Shown: positions 9,477 to 20,233, counted from the first letter of the stretch. The stretch is 64,000 nt of DNA from an uncultured Planctomycetales bacterium (GCA_964595465.1 CAZQQI010000008.1:16561-80560); one strand, 5' to 3'. Program-made: numbers and translations. The notes: generated from the letters alone by a model not told the origin.

Positions 9477-10091
9477 TCAGTCAGCAAAATCCTGCCCCAC
9501 GTCCACATCTTCAACCATTAAAGGCGCCTCATTTGCTTCTGCCATTTCCTCACCCGCCTCTTTAGCGAGTTCTTCAAGCTGAATGATTTTGTTCAAAAGC
9601 TCGCTGTGGCGCGCGGACATTTCGGCGATCCGGCTCCCCAAAAGTTCTTCCTCTTCCCGGTAATAATTCAGCGCCGATTGATAATACGCGGCCTTACGGC
9701 TCTGCAGCTCGTCCTTCAAGCGCTCGTTTTCAGATTTCTGCTGCATGAATAGGTCTTCCAGCTCTTCATACTGATCCTGCATAGAAGACTGGGCTTTACG
9801 CAGCCGTGTATTGATCTGTTTGAGCTTTGTAACGTTCTCTTCCTTTTCCTGCATACTGTCCTGCAGATATTGATATTCCAGGCGGAGCTTTTCTTCCGCC
9901 GCGCGCAGTCCTTCGGCCTCCGCCGCTTTCTGCTGATATTCCTCACGCCATTTGTCAGTATACTCGCCGTGAACGTTTCCGTATGTTCGCAACTGCTGTT
10001 CATAAACGGTTTCGTCTTCGGCCTGCGCCGTCACCGTCATGGCCATCACAGCCAGCACAACGGCCGCGGTTTTCCACTGTAATGCCTTCAT
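9477..10091 (-). CDS. Secreted acidic coiled-coil protein
   Basis: Signal peptide ending AQA, E/Q/L heptads, AAAGGA SD. Confidence 0.75.
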   Translation of the reverse strand: MKALQWKTAAVVLAVMAMTVTAQAEDETVYEQQLRTYGNVHGEYTDKWREEYQQKAAEAEGLRAAEEKLRLEYQYLQDSMQEKEENVTKLKQINTRLRKAQSSMQDQYEELEDLFMQQKSENERLKDELQSRKAAYYQSALNYYREEEELLGSRIAEMSARHSELLNKIIQLEELAKEAGEEMAEANEAPLMVEDVDVGQDFAD

Positions 10092-10130
10092 ACTGTATCC
10101 TTTCGTTATCGGAACGCAGATCACTTCTGA

Positions 10131-10337
10131 TTAGAGATGCCGCCGCTCCTGCCAGACTTTAATGAAATTTTCTACCGAACGATCGTATCCTTTTTCGATG
10201 TCATCCGGAAAATAACAGGCCGGCAGCGCGCCTTTACCGCGGTGGTAGCTGATACATTCACAACAGATCCCTTTACGCGGGCAGCCGCTGTACGAACAAT
10301 TACAACGCGTGAGATTTTTTTCCTGCATACACTCCAT
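10131..10337 (-). CDS. Small cysteine-rich protein (DUF6485-like)
   Basis: [21 protein letters not shown]...LPACYF...YDRS. Confidence 0.8.
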   Translation of the reverse strand: MECMQEKNLTRCNCSYSGCPRKGICCECISYHRGKGALPACYFPDDIEKGYDRSVENFIKVWQERRHL

Positions 10338-10370
10338 GACCAACCCCCTGTTTTGCATTATTCCTGCCAC

Positions 10371-11261
10371 TCATGCCGGCGACATGACGGCGCGGCATTC
10401 CAGATAGAGCGCGATGATCTTTTTATGATCAAAGGCATATTCCCCCTTGAGCAAATCATCGTAAGATACCACCCGGAGATCTTTGGCGTCATCCATAGCC
10501 TGTGGTTTTCCGTCTCCCCGCCCGACAAACGCGGTGGAAACCGTATGAAATCTCGGATCACGGCACGGGTCCGAAAAGGTTTTTAATTGGACAATATCCT
10601 GAAAATCCAGTCCGGTTTCCTCCTTAACCTCACGGACAACAGCTGTTTCCAAACTCTCTCCATAATCCACAAACCCGCCCGGCAGAGCCCAGCCATACGG
10701 CGGGTTAGAACGTTCAATGATAATAATCCCTTCGGGCCGCTCAACAATGGCATCCACGGTCACATACGGCCCCATACCCAGTGTGTCCTGAACATGCAGA
10801 AGATAACCAATGATATTTTTTTCAAAATCATCGAAATGCTCTTCATCGGTAACGCAGATGGACACAGATTCCAGACAGTGCCTGCCAAAACGGATAAACC
10901 GCAGCAGTTCCTGAGCAAGGACCTTGGCCGAGGCGGAAGGAGTGATCACACCTGTTTGATAACCGAACGGGATCAGGACCAGGCGGCGGACCTTAAGTTC
11001 CGCTGTTTTTCTCAGCACATCCTTATAGCCGCTGCGGATCTTCTCAGCGTCTTTCAGTGTCCCGTCAAAAGAAAAATCCGCCATGATCGTGTAGTGCTGT
11101 GCTCCCCGGCTGTTGCCGCTGACAACAAGCCTCTCGGAACGGGGAACTTCGAAATTTTCCAGAGATTCCAGCGCGACAGCATCCGCGGGGATATTTTCTC
11201 CGTCTCCCTGGACGATCTCGATCTCAACATCATGAATTTTTATATACGGTTTATCGGTCAC
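10371..11261 (-). CDS. Degenerate macro domain fused to a Nudix hydrolase
   Basis: N-terminal IEIVQGD...DAV macro-like start; intact Nudix box GGFVDYGESLETAVVREVKEETGL; RDPR and AFDH motifs. Confidence 0.85.
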   Translation of the reverse strand: MTDKPYIKIHDVEIEIVQGDGENIPADAVALESLENFEVPRSERLVVSGNSRGAQHYTIMADFSFDGTLKDAEKIRSGYKDVLRKTAELKVRRLVLIPFGYQTGVITPSASAKVLAQELLRFIRFGRHCLESVSICVTDEEHFDDFEKNIIGYLLHVQDTLGMGPYVTVDAIVERPEGIIIIERSNPPYGWALPGGFVDYGESLETAVVREVKEETGLDFQDIVQLKTFSDPCRDPRFHTVSTAFVGRGDGKPQAMDDAKDLRVVSYDDLLKGEYAFDHKKIIALYLECRAVMSPA

Positions 11262-12709
11262 CGACAGCCTTTCTGTTTATCGGTTCGCAGAATTTTCCGC
11301 GCTAAATCCAGGGCCTGCTGACGGGTCCGGATCTCTCCCGTGGTGCGGGCCTCCTCAACCCTTTCCAATATCTTAGAGAAAACCGGGCCCGGTTTCAACT
11401 TTAATGTATGAATAAGATCACGGCCGGTCAATAAGGGGAGTTGCGGTTCCTCTTTCTGTTTGCGGAGATACCGCTCAATGATCTCCCGGCAAATATCATG
11501 ATGATGCCGTTCGGCCTCTGCCGGGCTCAACGGACCGCGGGTCGCGCTTTGGTCTGCCATGCTCAAGAAAGCGACCGCTATAGCTTCTTCCCCGGCATCA
11601 CGCATGAACCGAAAAAAAGCCCTTTCGGTCGGCCTCTTGAAATTTGAAAGGTAGCCCGGGCGCAGATGAAGGTCCACCATCAGACAAACTTTGCGCCGCT
11701 CCTTTTCTGATAATTTCAGCTGACGGCAAACGATCGAAGCGATCCTGCGCCCCGCATGTTCGTGGGCGTGAAAGATAGACCGGGCGCCTTCTTTGCGATA
11801 AACTTCAGGTTTCCCAACGTCGTGCAGCAACGCGGCGAATTTTATCAGCGCGGCCCGTTCCCGGTTTCCAGCGATCCGTACCCGCAAATAACGGACCAGA
11901 TCAGGATGCTCAGCTTTTTTGAATAAACAGTCCAATTGCGCTACAGACTCCAGAGAATGCCGCCAAACATCCAGATGATGATACCCTCCCTGCTTCAGGC
12001 CGAACATAACCCTGACCTGAGGAATCACCCTTTCGACTAAACCGCAGCGGTGCATAGCCCTGAGTGTCTGCGCCGCTCGCGGACTGGAGAAAATTTTAAA
12101 CAGTTCATCGCGCACGCGCTCGGCAGCCGTCTCACGGATCAGATCCCGGTCGGTCTTTATACGCTGCCGGGTCTTTGTCTCGATCTTAAACCCCAGCATG
12201 GCCGATAATGAGAATGCCCGCAGCAGACGCAGAGGATCCTCACGAAAAGCGCGCGGTGAAACCATACGGATACGCTCAGCGCGGATATCCCGCCGGCCGC
12301 AACGATGATCCTGTATATGCGGAAGAAGGCCCCCGCCGCCTGCCAGACCATTCACATAAACCGTCAATGTGTTCAGTCCAAAATCCCTGCGCAGAAGATC
12401 CTGTTGGATCGTTTCTCCGCGGAACTCGGCAAAATCATAGGTCCAGGCTTCTCCGGAGCCGGTTTTTTTCACGACCCGGGCACAGCCGTGATCCTCATCA
12501 AGAAGAACATACGCGCCTTTGATCTTGCGGGAAAAATCGCGGGCAAACGCCAGGGCCCCGGACGAGACCGCGAAATCCATATCGCGGGTCGGTCGCTCGA
12601 GCAGAATATCCCGTAAAAACCCGCCGACCAGAAAAACATCCTGTCCGCGGCGGCGGGCCATTGCGGCGATTGTCTCTAAAAATGGATATTCTTGCAAAGC
12701 AGACATCAA
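11258..12709 (-). CDS. cca: CCA-adding tRNA nucleotidyltransferase/poly(A) polymerase family with HD domain
   Basis: VGGFLRDILL, DMDF, DLLRRDF, EDPLRLLRAF, LLHDVGK. Confidence 0.9.
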   Translation of the reverse strand: MMSALQEYPFLETIAAMARRRGQDVFLVGGFLRDILLERPTRDMDFAVSSGALAFARDFSRKIKGAYVLLDEDHGCARVVKKTGSGEAWTYDFAEFRGETIQQDLLRRDFGLNTLTVYVNGLAGGGGLLPHIQDHRCGRRDIRAERIRMVSPRAFREDPLRLLRAFSLSAMLGFKIETKTRQRIKTDRDLIRETAAERVRDELFKIFSSPRAAQTLRAMHRCGLVERVIPQVRVMFGLKQGGYHHLDVWRHSLESVAQLDCLFKKAEHPDLVRYLRVRIAGNRERAALIKFAALLHDVGKPEVYRKEGARSIFHAHEHAGRRIASIVCRQLKLSEKERRKVCLMVDLHLRPGYLSNFKRPTERAFFRFMRDAGEEAIAVAFLSMADQSATRGPLSPAEAERHHHDICREIIERYLRKQKEEPQLPLLTGRDLIHTLKLKPGPVFSKILERVEEARTTGEIRTRQQALDLARKILRTDKQKGCR

Positions 12710-12712
12710 GGC

Positions 12713-13126
12713 TTATTCCACCTCGGAAATGGCGGCCTGATCAAGCACCTCATCAGCCACGAAGATCGGGGTTTGGGTCCTGACGGCCAGAGCGATCGTA
12801 TCAGAGGGGCGGGCGTCAACCCTGACCGTTTTCCCGTCAGAGTGATTCAGAACGAGTTTGGCAAAAAAGGTGCCGTTACGCAGAGCATCGATCTCAACGG
12901 CCTCAAGCCTGGCCCCCAGTCCTTCGATCGTGGAAACCAGCAGGTCATGCGTCAAAGGACGGGGCGGCTTGACCTCAGCCAGCTTAAGCTTGATACTGGA
13001 AGCTTCGACCGGGCCGATCATGATGGGAAACTTCCGCGTCCCATCCGTTTCTTTCAAAACAATGACCTGGTCCTGACGTTTCTCGTCAATAACAATACGG
13101 CTCAGCTGAACACTGACCATGCTCAT
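12713..13126 (-). CDS. Bifunctional nuclease family protein (DUF151)
   Basis: PIMIGPVEA, PPRPLTHDL, DARPSDTIALA. Confidence 0.92.
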   Translation of the reverse strand: MSMVSVQLSRIVIDEKRQDQVIVLKETDGTRKFPIMIGPVEASSIKLKLAEVKPPRPLTHDLLVSTIEGLGARLEAVEIDALRNGTFFAKLVLNHSDGKTVRVDARPSDTIALAVRTQTPIFVADEVLDQAAISEVE

Positions 13127-13596
13127 TTCTTAGCCTCTTCCTTCTCCCGTTCTAAAATATGCTTCAACTCACTCATAAACTGGTTGACATCGCGGAATTG
13201 GCGATAAACACTGGCAAAACGGACATAGGCCACCTCGTCGAGGCCGGCCAGTTTTTTCATAATTTCTTCTCCGATGATATGCGAATCGACTTCACGGTCA
13301 AAGCGTTTCTGGATCGCGCGCTCGACATCGGAGGTCATCTCTTCAATACGGGTGATCGACACCGGACGCTTTTCACAAGCCTTGACCAGCCCTGCGATGA
13401 TCTTGGTGCGATCAAAGGCCTGACGGCGGCCGTCCTTCTTGACCACCATTAAAGGCACCCGTTCAACGTATTCATAGGTCGTAAACCGTTTGGCACACTT
13501 CAGGCATTCCCTCCGGCGGCGGATCGACCCGCCTTCCCCGGATATGCGGGAATCGATCACCTTAGTCTCTTTATATTCGCAAAAAGGACATTTCAT
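13123..13596 (-). CDS. nrdR: Transcriptional repressor NrdR
   Basis: MKCPFC, IRRRRECLKC, RFTTYE, ATP cone, VAYVRFASVYRQF. Confidence 0.97.
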   Translation of the reverse strand: MKCPFCEYKETKVIDSRISGEGGSIRRRRECLKCAKRFTTYEYVERVPLMVVKKDGRRQAFDRTKIIAGLVKACEKRPVSITRIEEMTSDVERAIQKRFDREVDSHIIGEEIMKKLAGLDEVAYVRFASVYRQFRDVNQFMSELKHILEREKEEAKK

Positions 13597-13660
13597 AATA
13601 GTGCCAAACCGCAATGATTCATATTAAACCCTTTCCTGTCATATAACTATAACAGCCATG

Positions 13661-14911
13661 CTACATGAGCAGATCCTTATAAATCGGAAATTGTTCTGTT
13701 AATTCTAACACACCCGCCCGGACCTTCTCAAGTTCCTGGGGATCATCACGGCCCGTAACGGCCCGGTCGATGTATTCGGCCACCCGGAGCATCTGATCTT
13801 CTTTCATGCCGCGGGTCGTCAACGCGGGGGTCCCGATGCGGATCCCGCTGGTCACCATCGGGCTTTCCGGGTCATACGGGATCAGGTTCTTATTGACAGT
13901 AATATGCACCTCGTCGAGCACGGATGAAGCCTCTTTCCCGGTGATCTTTTTCGACCGCAGATCCACCATAAAAAGGTGGTTGTCGGTTCCGCCGGAAACG
14001 ATACGGAAACCCATCCCGGCCAGGGCCTCAGCCATCGCCCGGGCATTGCTGACGACCTGACGCTGATATGCCTTGAATTCATCGGACAGGGCTTCTTGAA
14101 AAGATACCGCCTTGGCCGCGATCACATGCATCAGCGGCCCGCCCTGTATTCCGGGGAAGACATGCGTATCGATCTTTTTGCCGTACTCTTCACGACAGAG
14201 GATCATCCCCCCACGGGGTCCGCGCAGTGTTTTATGGGTGGTGGTGGTCACAAAGTCAGCGTGCGGAACCGGATTAGGATGAATCCCGGCAGCGACCAGG
14301 CCCGCAATATGAGCCATATCCACAAATAAAACTGCCCCCACCTCATCACAGATCTGACGGAATTTGACAAAATCGATCGTCCGCGCATAAGCCGAAGCGC
14401 CGGCCAGGATCAGCTGCGGCCGATGCTCCTTAGCCAGACGGCGGATCTCGTCATAATCGAACATTTCGGTGTCTTTATCCACTCCGTAATGCACAACATG
14501 ATATGTCCGTCCGGAAAAATTCATCTTGTGACCGTGAGTCAGATGCCCTCCGCAGGCCAGATCCAGGGTCAGGATCGTATCCCCCGGCTTGATCGCCACA
14601 TTGTACACCGCGTTGTTGGCCTGGGACCCGGAATGCGGCTGAACATTAACGTGTTCGGCGCCGAATAATTCTTTGGCCCGTTCTATCGCCAACTCCTCCG
14701 CGGCATCCACATGAACACACCCGCCGTACCACCGCCGGTGAGGATAGCCTTCAGCATATTTATTGGTCATGACACTGCCCTGCGCCTCCATGACCGCTTG
14801 GGATACGATATTTTCACTGGCGATCAGTTCCAGATTGTTTTTCTGCCGGTCCAGTTCACGCGCGATCGCCTGGTATACCTCGGGATCTGTCCTGTTAAGA
14901 TGGTCCATCAT
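13661..14911 (-). CDS. glyA: Serine hydroxymethyltransferase
   Basis: [37 protein letters not shown]. Confidence 0.98.
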   Translation of the reverse strand: MMDHLNRTDPEVYQAIARELDRQKNNLELIASENIVSQAVMEAQGSVMTNKYAEGYPHRRWYGGCVHVDAAEELAIERAKELFGAEHVNVQPHSGSQANNAVYNVAIKPGDTILTLDLACGGHLTHGHKMNFSGRTYHVVHYGVDKDTEMFDYDEIRRLAKEHRPQLILAGASAYARTIDFVKFRQICDEVGAVLFVDMAHIAGLVAAGIHPNPVPHADFVTTTTHKTLRGPRGGMILCREEYGKKIDTHVFPGIQGGPLMHVIAAKAVSFQEALSDEFKAYQRQVVSNARAMAEALAGMGFRIVSGGTDNHLFMVDLRSKKITGKEASSVLDEVHITVNKNLIPYDPESPMVTSGIRIGTPALTTRGMKEDQMLRVAEYIDRAVTGRDDPQELEKVRAGVLELTEQFPIYKDLLM

Positions 14912-14951
14912 ACTGCGTCTCCTGTCGTGATTTCAGCAAAGCCGAGCCTGC

Positions 14952-15413
14952 TTACTGTTCTGATTTCTGGATCTTGCGTTCTATCTCGCAAATCTTGTCC
15001 AAGCGCCGCTGATGCCGTCCGCCCTCGAACGGCTCTTCCAGCCAGGTCTTGATCAGGTCATTCATCTGATCCGGATCAACAAATTTCGCCCCCAGGACAA
15101 GGATATTGGCATTATTATGCTGACGGGATAATTTGGCTGACTCCATGTTATAACATAAGGCCGCATACGCTCCGGGAACTTTATTCGCGGCAATGGTCAG
15201 TCCGATACCGCTCATACAGATCAAGATCCCCCGGCTCTGAGGATCAGCCGCTGTCCGGCTGGCGACATCATAAGCGATCGGGGGATAATCACACGGAGGG
15301 CTTTCATCATGGGCGCCCACGTCCTCGACAGAGTGTCCTAAAGATTTTAAAAAGACGGTGATCCGGGATTTTAATCCGACCCCCCGATGATCCGCTCCGA
15401 TAAAAATCGTCAT
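14952..15413 (-). CDS. rpiB: Ribose-5-phosphate isomerase B
   Basis: GADHRG, DYP, CMSGIG, HNNAN, FEGGRHQRR. Confidence 0.95.
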   Translation of the reverse strand: MTIFIGADHRGVGLKSRITVFLKSLGHSVEDVGAHDESPPCDYPPIAYDVASRTAADPQSRGILICMSGIGLTIAANKVPGAYAALCYNMESAKLSRQHNNANILVLGAKFVDPDQMNDLIKTWLEEPFEGGRHQRRLDKICEIERKIQKSEQ

Positions 15414-15428
15414 AATCGGACTCCTCAC

Positions 15429-16487
15429 TTATACTAATGTGGTAATTTTTTGAACGGCCTGCCCGATCATCGCCGCGCATTCCCGATAGGCCTGTTCAGA
15501 CAGCCCCATGGGATCAGGTATTTCCAGCGAACCGTCCGGGCGGCCGCCGGCGAACTCTCTTAATAAATAGATGCGATCCGCAAGATCAGGGGCATACTGC
15601 AGGACCGCCTGACGATGCGCCGAGGTCATCACAAAGATCAGATCCGATTGATAAAGCAGAAGAGGCGTCACCGGCTGCGAGAGATGACCGGAGGCGTCAA
15701 TCCCCTTTTCCTGCAGGATCGTCCGGGCTGCCCGGCTGGCCTGCGCACGGACAAAGACGCTGGTCCCGGCAGAATGGACCATGACATCCTCCCGTTCGGC
15801 CAAAGCCTGTCTTAATAAATATTCCGCCATGACCGAGCGGCAGCTGTTCCCGGTGCAGACCATTAAGATATGTTTACGTCCCACCGTATCAGAGATGGCC
15901 TCCTGCGAGACCTCTCCTTCTCTTAAAACCCGCGGCGATTCCCGGGTGACATCGACCACCGTGGACGAAGAGCCGCTGCCGGCTTCGCCCGCATCCAGGG
16001 CCGCGTCCACCCGCCCCCCCAGGCTCTTCAAAGCTTCCGCGCAAGTCTTCGGTGGATGCTCTCCGGCAAAATTCGCGGACGGCGCGGCAATCCTGCGTTC
16101 CGCCGCCCTGATCATCTGCAGGGCCGCAGGATGACAAGGCATCCGGACACCCACGGTTTGACCCTGCTCCCGGGAACTCATAACCATGGTCAACGGACCC
16201 GGCCAAAACCGGGCAGCTAATTTATAAATTCGTGGGTCTCTTTGCGGACTATATTTTAAGAGGTCGGTCGGATCCCCTGCCAGGATCGAAAAAGGCTTGT
16301 CCGCAGTACGCTGTTTGATCTCCCGCAGACGGGTCATCGCCTGAGGGTTATCCGCATCCGCGGCGATGCCGTAAACGGTCTCGGTCGGAAAAATCACCAG
16401 GCCGCCGCGGCGGATGATCCCGGCACAACGGTTCACAGCGTCCTGTTCGGGGAACTCCGGATGAATTTTAAAGACTTCGGTTTCCAT
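15429..16487 (-). CDS. tsaC: L-threonylcarbamoyladenylate synthase (TsaC/Sua5) fused to a low-molecular-weight protein phosphatase (YwlE-like)
   Basis: PTETVYGI, FWPGPLT, APSAN, SSTVVD; C-terminal VCTGNSCRSVMAE, SAGT, IPDPMG. Confidence 0.92.
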   Translation of the reverse strand: METEVFKIHPEFPEQDAVNRCAGIIRRGGLVIFPTETVYGIAADADNPQAMTRLREIKQRTADKPFSILAGDPTDLLKYSPQRDPRIYKLAARFWPGPLTMVMSSREQGQTVGVRMPCHPAALQMIRAAERRIAAPSANFAGEHPPKTCAEALKSLGGRVDAALDAGEAGSGSSSTVVDVTRESPRVLREGEVSQEAISDTVGRKHILMVCTGNSCRSVMAEYLLRQALAEREDVMVHSAGTSVFVRAQASRAARTILQEKGIDASGHLSQPVTPLLLYQSDLIFVMTSAHRQAVLQYAPDLADRIYLLREFAGGRPDGSLEIPDPMGLSEQAYRECAAMIGQAVQKITTLV

Positions 16488-16539
16488 ACGCGAGCGGCTT
16501 TCCTGCCGAAAAACGCTTAATTTAAACAGGCGGCAGATG

Positions 16540-17013
16540 CTATTGTCCCAGAATCTTTTTACGCTGTTCTTCACGGTAAGCCGTCAGTTTTTGTTCAATT
16601 TCCGGGTCATTCAAAGCGATCATCCTTAAGGCTAAATACGCGGCATTTTTCGCTCCCGCTTGACCGATGGCTACGCCGGCGACCGGCACACCCGGAGGCA
16701 TCTGCACCGTGGACAGCAAAGCGTCCATGCCGTTAAGATCCGACGCATTAAGCGGAACCCCGATCACCGGCAATGTCGTATGGGCGGCAACGACACCGGA
16801 CAGGGCCGCGGACATCCCAGCTCCGCAGATGGCGGCCTGTACACCGCGCTCCTTCAGGCCCTCGGCGTATACCGCGGTTTCTTTCGGTGTGCGGTGAGCC
16901 GAAAGCACCCGTGTCTCGTATTCCACAGCAAAATCATCAAGAACCTTTTCGGCAGCCTCCATAACCGGCATATCAGATTGACTTCCCATCATAATGACAA
17001 CTTGTACAGACAT
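16540..17013 (-). CDS. purE: N5-CAIR mutase / AIR carboxylase PurE
   Basis: MGSQSD, SAHRTP, PVIGVP, VQMPPGVPVA; AAGGAGG SD. Confidence 0.96.
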   Translation of the reverse strand: MSVQVVIMMGSQSDMPVMEAAEKVLDDFAVEYETRVLSAHRTPKETAVYAEGLKERGVQAAICGAGMSAALSGVVAAHTTLPVIGVPLNASDLNGMDALLSTVQMPPGVPVAGVAIGQAGAKNAAYLALRMIALNDPEIEQKLTAYREEQRKKILGQ

Positions 17014-17065
17014 GTTTTCCTCCTTATCCATACTTTTATCCCGGTGCATCGGGTCGGGACAACCG

Positions 17066-18343
17066 TTAAACGCTTTTCGCGATATGTTTAAGGGCCTTAG
17101 CCCCGATATCCCTGCGGAAAAAACAGCGGTCAAAATGGATCTCCTCAACAGCCTGGTAGGCGTTTTTAATAGCGCCTTCGATCCCCTCCCCCAGGGCCGT
17201 CACACCGAGAACCCGTCCGCCGGAGGTAACAACCTGATCACCTTCCCGCTGCGTCCCGGCGTGAAAGACGACGGCACCCTGCCGGGCGGCGTTATCCAGC
17301 CCGCTGATAGGCATCCCTTTTTCATAAGGTCCGGGATACCCCCCGGAACTCATAACCACAGAGACACAGGCACGCTGGTCCCATTTCAACTGCACGTCTT
17401 CGACCCTGTCTTCGCAGGCGGCCAGCATCAATTCACAAAGATCATTTTTCATACGGGGCAGAACAGCCTGGGCTTCGGGATCACCGAAACGCACATTATA
17501 TTCCAACACCATCGGACCTTCATCGGTGATCATCAGCCCGGCATACAGCACGCCTTTGAAAGGATTCCCTTCCCGCAGCATGCCCTGAATAGTCGGCTCG
17601 ATCACCTGCCCGGCGATCTTAACCAGCATAAGATCGTTAACGACCGGCGCCGGAGAATACGCTCCCATACCACCCGTGTTCGGACCCAGGTCGTCATCAA
17701 AAATCCGCTTATGATCCTGGGAACTATCCAGGATCAGATAATTTTCTCCATCAGACACAGCCAGGATCGAGGCCTCTTCTCCCTGCAGGCAGTCTTCGAT
17801 TATGATCCTGCGCCCGGCGCCTGACATATTGTCCTGGATCTCATCCAGAGCCTTGCGGGCTTCATCCTGAGTATGGCAGACAAATACGCCTTTCCCCGCG
17901 GCCAGACCATCGGCCTTAACAACAAGAGGGAATTGGGTCGATTCTAAAAAGGAACGCGCCTCAGCGATATCATCAAAGGCAACAAATGATGCCGTGGGGA
18001 TGCCGTGGCGATGCATAAACTCTTTGGCAAAGACCTTGCTGCCTTCCAGCCGGGCTGCTGCCTGATCCGGACCGAAGACCTTGATCCCTTCCCGGTCAAA
18101 CGCGTCAACCGCTCCGGCGACCAGAGGCGCTTCCGGACCGACCACGACCAGCCCGACCTTTTTTTTCTTGGCCAAAGCGACCAGGGCCGGAATATCATCA
18201 GCAGAGATATCCACACACTCAGCGATATCCGCGATACCCCCGTTCCCCGGCGCGCAGTAAATCTTATCCACCTGATCGCTCTGCTGCAACTTCCAAGTCA
18301 GCACATGCTCACGCCCGCCTGATCCGATCACCAGAATATCCAT
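17066..18343 (-). CDS. purD: Phosphoribosylamine--glycine ligase
   Basis: GSGGREH, KADGLAAGKGV, GPNTGGMGAY, EYNVRFGDPE. Confidence 0.98.
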   Translation of the reverse strand: MDILVIGSGGREHVLTWKLQQSDQVDKIYCAPGNGGIADIAECVDISADDIPALVALAKKKKVGLVVVGPEAPLVAGAVDAFDREGIKVFGPDQAAARLEGSKVFAKEFMHRHGIPTASFVAFDDIAEARSFLESTQFPLVVKADGLAAGKGVFVCHTQDEARKALDEIQDNMSGAGRRIIIEDCLQGEEASILAVSDGENYLILDSSQDHKRIFDDDLGPNTGGMGAYSPAPVVNDLMLVKIAGQVIEPTIQGMLREGNPFKGVLYAGLMITDEGPMVLEYNVRFGDPEAQAVLPRMKNDLCELMLAACEDRVEDVQLKWDQRACVSVVMSSGGYPGPYEKGMPISGLDNAARQGAVVFHAGTQREGDQVVTSGGRVLGVTALGEGIEGAIKNAYQAVEEIHFDRCFFRRDIGAKALKHIAKSV

Positions 18344-18346
18344 ACC

Positions 18347-19399
18347 TTACCCTCGCTTTACAAATTTCACTTTACATGTTTTATCATTGATCACCCGGCC
18401 GATCCGGTATGCCCGTTTACGCCGGGATTTGAAATCGCTCAGAACCTTCCCGGCCTGCGCTTGACCCAGGACTAAAATCATCCCAATGCCCATATTAAAC
18501 GTCTTATACATATCCTCTTCCGGCACGCCGCCCTTCTGCTGAATATCTTTGAAGATCTTGGGAACAGGCCAGCTGCCGCGGGTTATCTCGAAACACCGTC
18601 CCGCGGGAAGGATCTTGGTCATCTTTTCATAAAACGCACCGCCGGTAATATGGGCGATTCCCTTGACGCGGTATTTTTTGAGAACCGGCAGGACATCCTG
18701 AACGTAAATCCTGGTCGGTTTAAGGATCTCTTTAGCGCGCCGCCTCTGCTCTGCCGCGGAAAAGACCTTGCGGACCAGACTGTAGCCGTTCGAGTGGATA
18801 CCGCTGGAAGGCAGGCCGATCACGGCATCACCCGCTTTGATCGTACTGCCGTCGATCAGTTTTTTGCGGTCCGCAACACCGACAGCAAAACCGGCCAGAT
18901 CATATTCTTCGGGGGAATACATGTCCGGCATTTCAGCCGTCTCTCCGCCGATAAGGACGCACCCCGCCTGACGGCAGCCCCGGGCGATCCCCTTGACCAC
19001 ATCTTTCAGGACCTTCTGGTCCAGCACACCGCAGGCGATATAGTCTAAAAAGAAAATCGGTTCTGCCCCGACACAGAGAATGTCATTCACGTTCATCGCC
19101 ACCAGATCAATACCAACCGTATCATGAATGCCGTTGGCCTGGGCGATCAAGAGCTTGGTCCCCACACCGTCGGACGATGAAACCAGAACCGGTTCGCGGT
19201 ATTTCTTTTTATCCAGCCCGTAAAGTCCTCCGAACCCTCCCGCTGTCTTGACGACCCGGTCATTCAGGGTCGATTTGACAGAAGGCATGATCGCCCGGAC
19301 AAAAGCATTCCCGGCGTCAATATCCACCCCGGCCTTTTTATATGTCATCTGCTTCATGTTGCGATTTGCCTGGCTTTCTGTGCGGAAAAAACGCTTCAC
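18347..19399 (-). CDS. purM: Phosphoribosylformylglycinamidine cyclo-ligase
   Basis: YKKAGVDI, DGVGTK, GGETAEMP, HSNGYSL, HITGG; true start may be 19357. Confidence 0.97.
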   Translation of the reverse strand: MKRFFRTESQANRNMKQMTYKKAGVDIDAGNAFVRAIMPSVKSTLNDRVVKTAGGFGGLYGLDKKKYREPVLVSSSDGVGTKLLIAQANGIHDTVGIDLVAMNVNDILCVGAEPIFFLDYIACGVLDQKVLKDVVKGIARGCRQAGCVLIGGETAEMPDMYSPEEYDLAGFAVGVADRKKLIDGSTIKAGDAVIGLPSSGIHSNGYSLVRKVFSAAEQRRRAKEILKPTRIYVQDVLPVLKKYRVKGIAHITGGAFYEKMTKILPAGRCFEITRGSWPVPKIFKDIQQKGGVPEEDMYKTFNMGIGMILVLGQAQAGKVLSDFKSRRKRAYRIGRVINDKTCKVKFVKRG

Positions 19400-20220
19400 T
19401 CACTGCTCAATAAATTTTCCTTCACATAACGCACGCCGTTTTTAAAAATCTCAGCCCCTTCACCCAACTCGCCGGGCTTGTCCAGACGGGTCCAGTATGG
19501 ATGCTGACGGAACAAAAAATGGCGCTCCGGATGCGGCATCATCCCCAGGATGCGTCCAGTACAGTCTGTGATCCCGGCGATATTGTCGGCGGATCCGTTG
19601 GGGTTCAACGGATAATCCGGAACGCTGCCGTCCGCAGCCGCATAACGGAAAATGACCTGCCCGTTATCCTGCATCCTGCGCAAGATATCCTCGGATTGCG
19701 GTAAGAATTTTCCTTCAGCGTGGGCCACGGGAACATAAAGAACATCTTTTACCCCCGCGGTCCAGACCGACTTTCCGTCGGGTTTTAACCAGGTCCAGCG
19801 GTCTTCAAATTTCGCCGAATCATTATACGTCAGGGTACAGGTCTGCCGGGTATCCGGTGTCCAAACCGTATCCCCATCCAGCTCACCGGGCAGGATGCCG
19901 GCGCGGACCAGGACCTGAAAGCCGTTGCAGATCCCGATGATCAATTTGCCCTCTGCGATAAAAGACTGAATATCGCCACCCAAGCGGAGTTTCAATTCAT
20001 TAGCTAAAATCCGTCCGGAAATGATATCATCGCCGTAGCTGAACCCGCCGGGGATCGCCAGGATATGATAATCCTGCAAAGAGACCTCTCCGCTGAACAA
20101 GCGATTGATATGGACGTCCTGCACATCCGCACCGAAATAGCGGAAAGCAAAACCCGTCTCCTGGTCACAATTGGTGCCGGCCGTCCTAAGGATCACAACT
20201 TTAACATTCTGTGCGGACAT
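19396..20220 (-). CDS. purQ: FGAM synthase glutaminase subunit
   Basis: GTNCD, PGGFSYGD, GICNGFQ, AHAEG, GMMPHPER. Confidence 0.97.
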   Translation of the reverse strand: MSAQNVKVVILRTAGTNCDQETGFAFRYFGADVQDVHINRLFSGEVSLQDYHILAIPGGFSYGDDIISGRILANELKLRLGGDIQSFIAEGKLIIGICNGFQVLVRAGILPGELDGDTVWTPDTRQTCTLTYNDSAKFEDRWTWLKPDGKSVWTAGVKDVLYVPVAHAEGKFLPQSEDILRRMQDNGQVIFRYAAADGSVPDYPLNPNGSADNIAGITDCTGRILGMMPHPERHFLFRQHPYWTRLDKPGELGEGAEIFKNGVRYVKENLLSSE

Positions 20221-20233
20221 CGTTTTTCCTCTG

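Noticed and set aside
16994-17824. Long plus-strand ORFs opposite pur and other core genes (also 10587..11321, 21279..21995, 34802..35524)
   Set aside because: Antisense to well-conserved genes and without motifs; expected from codon bias
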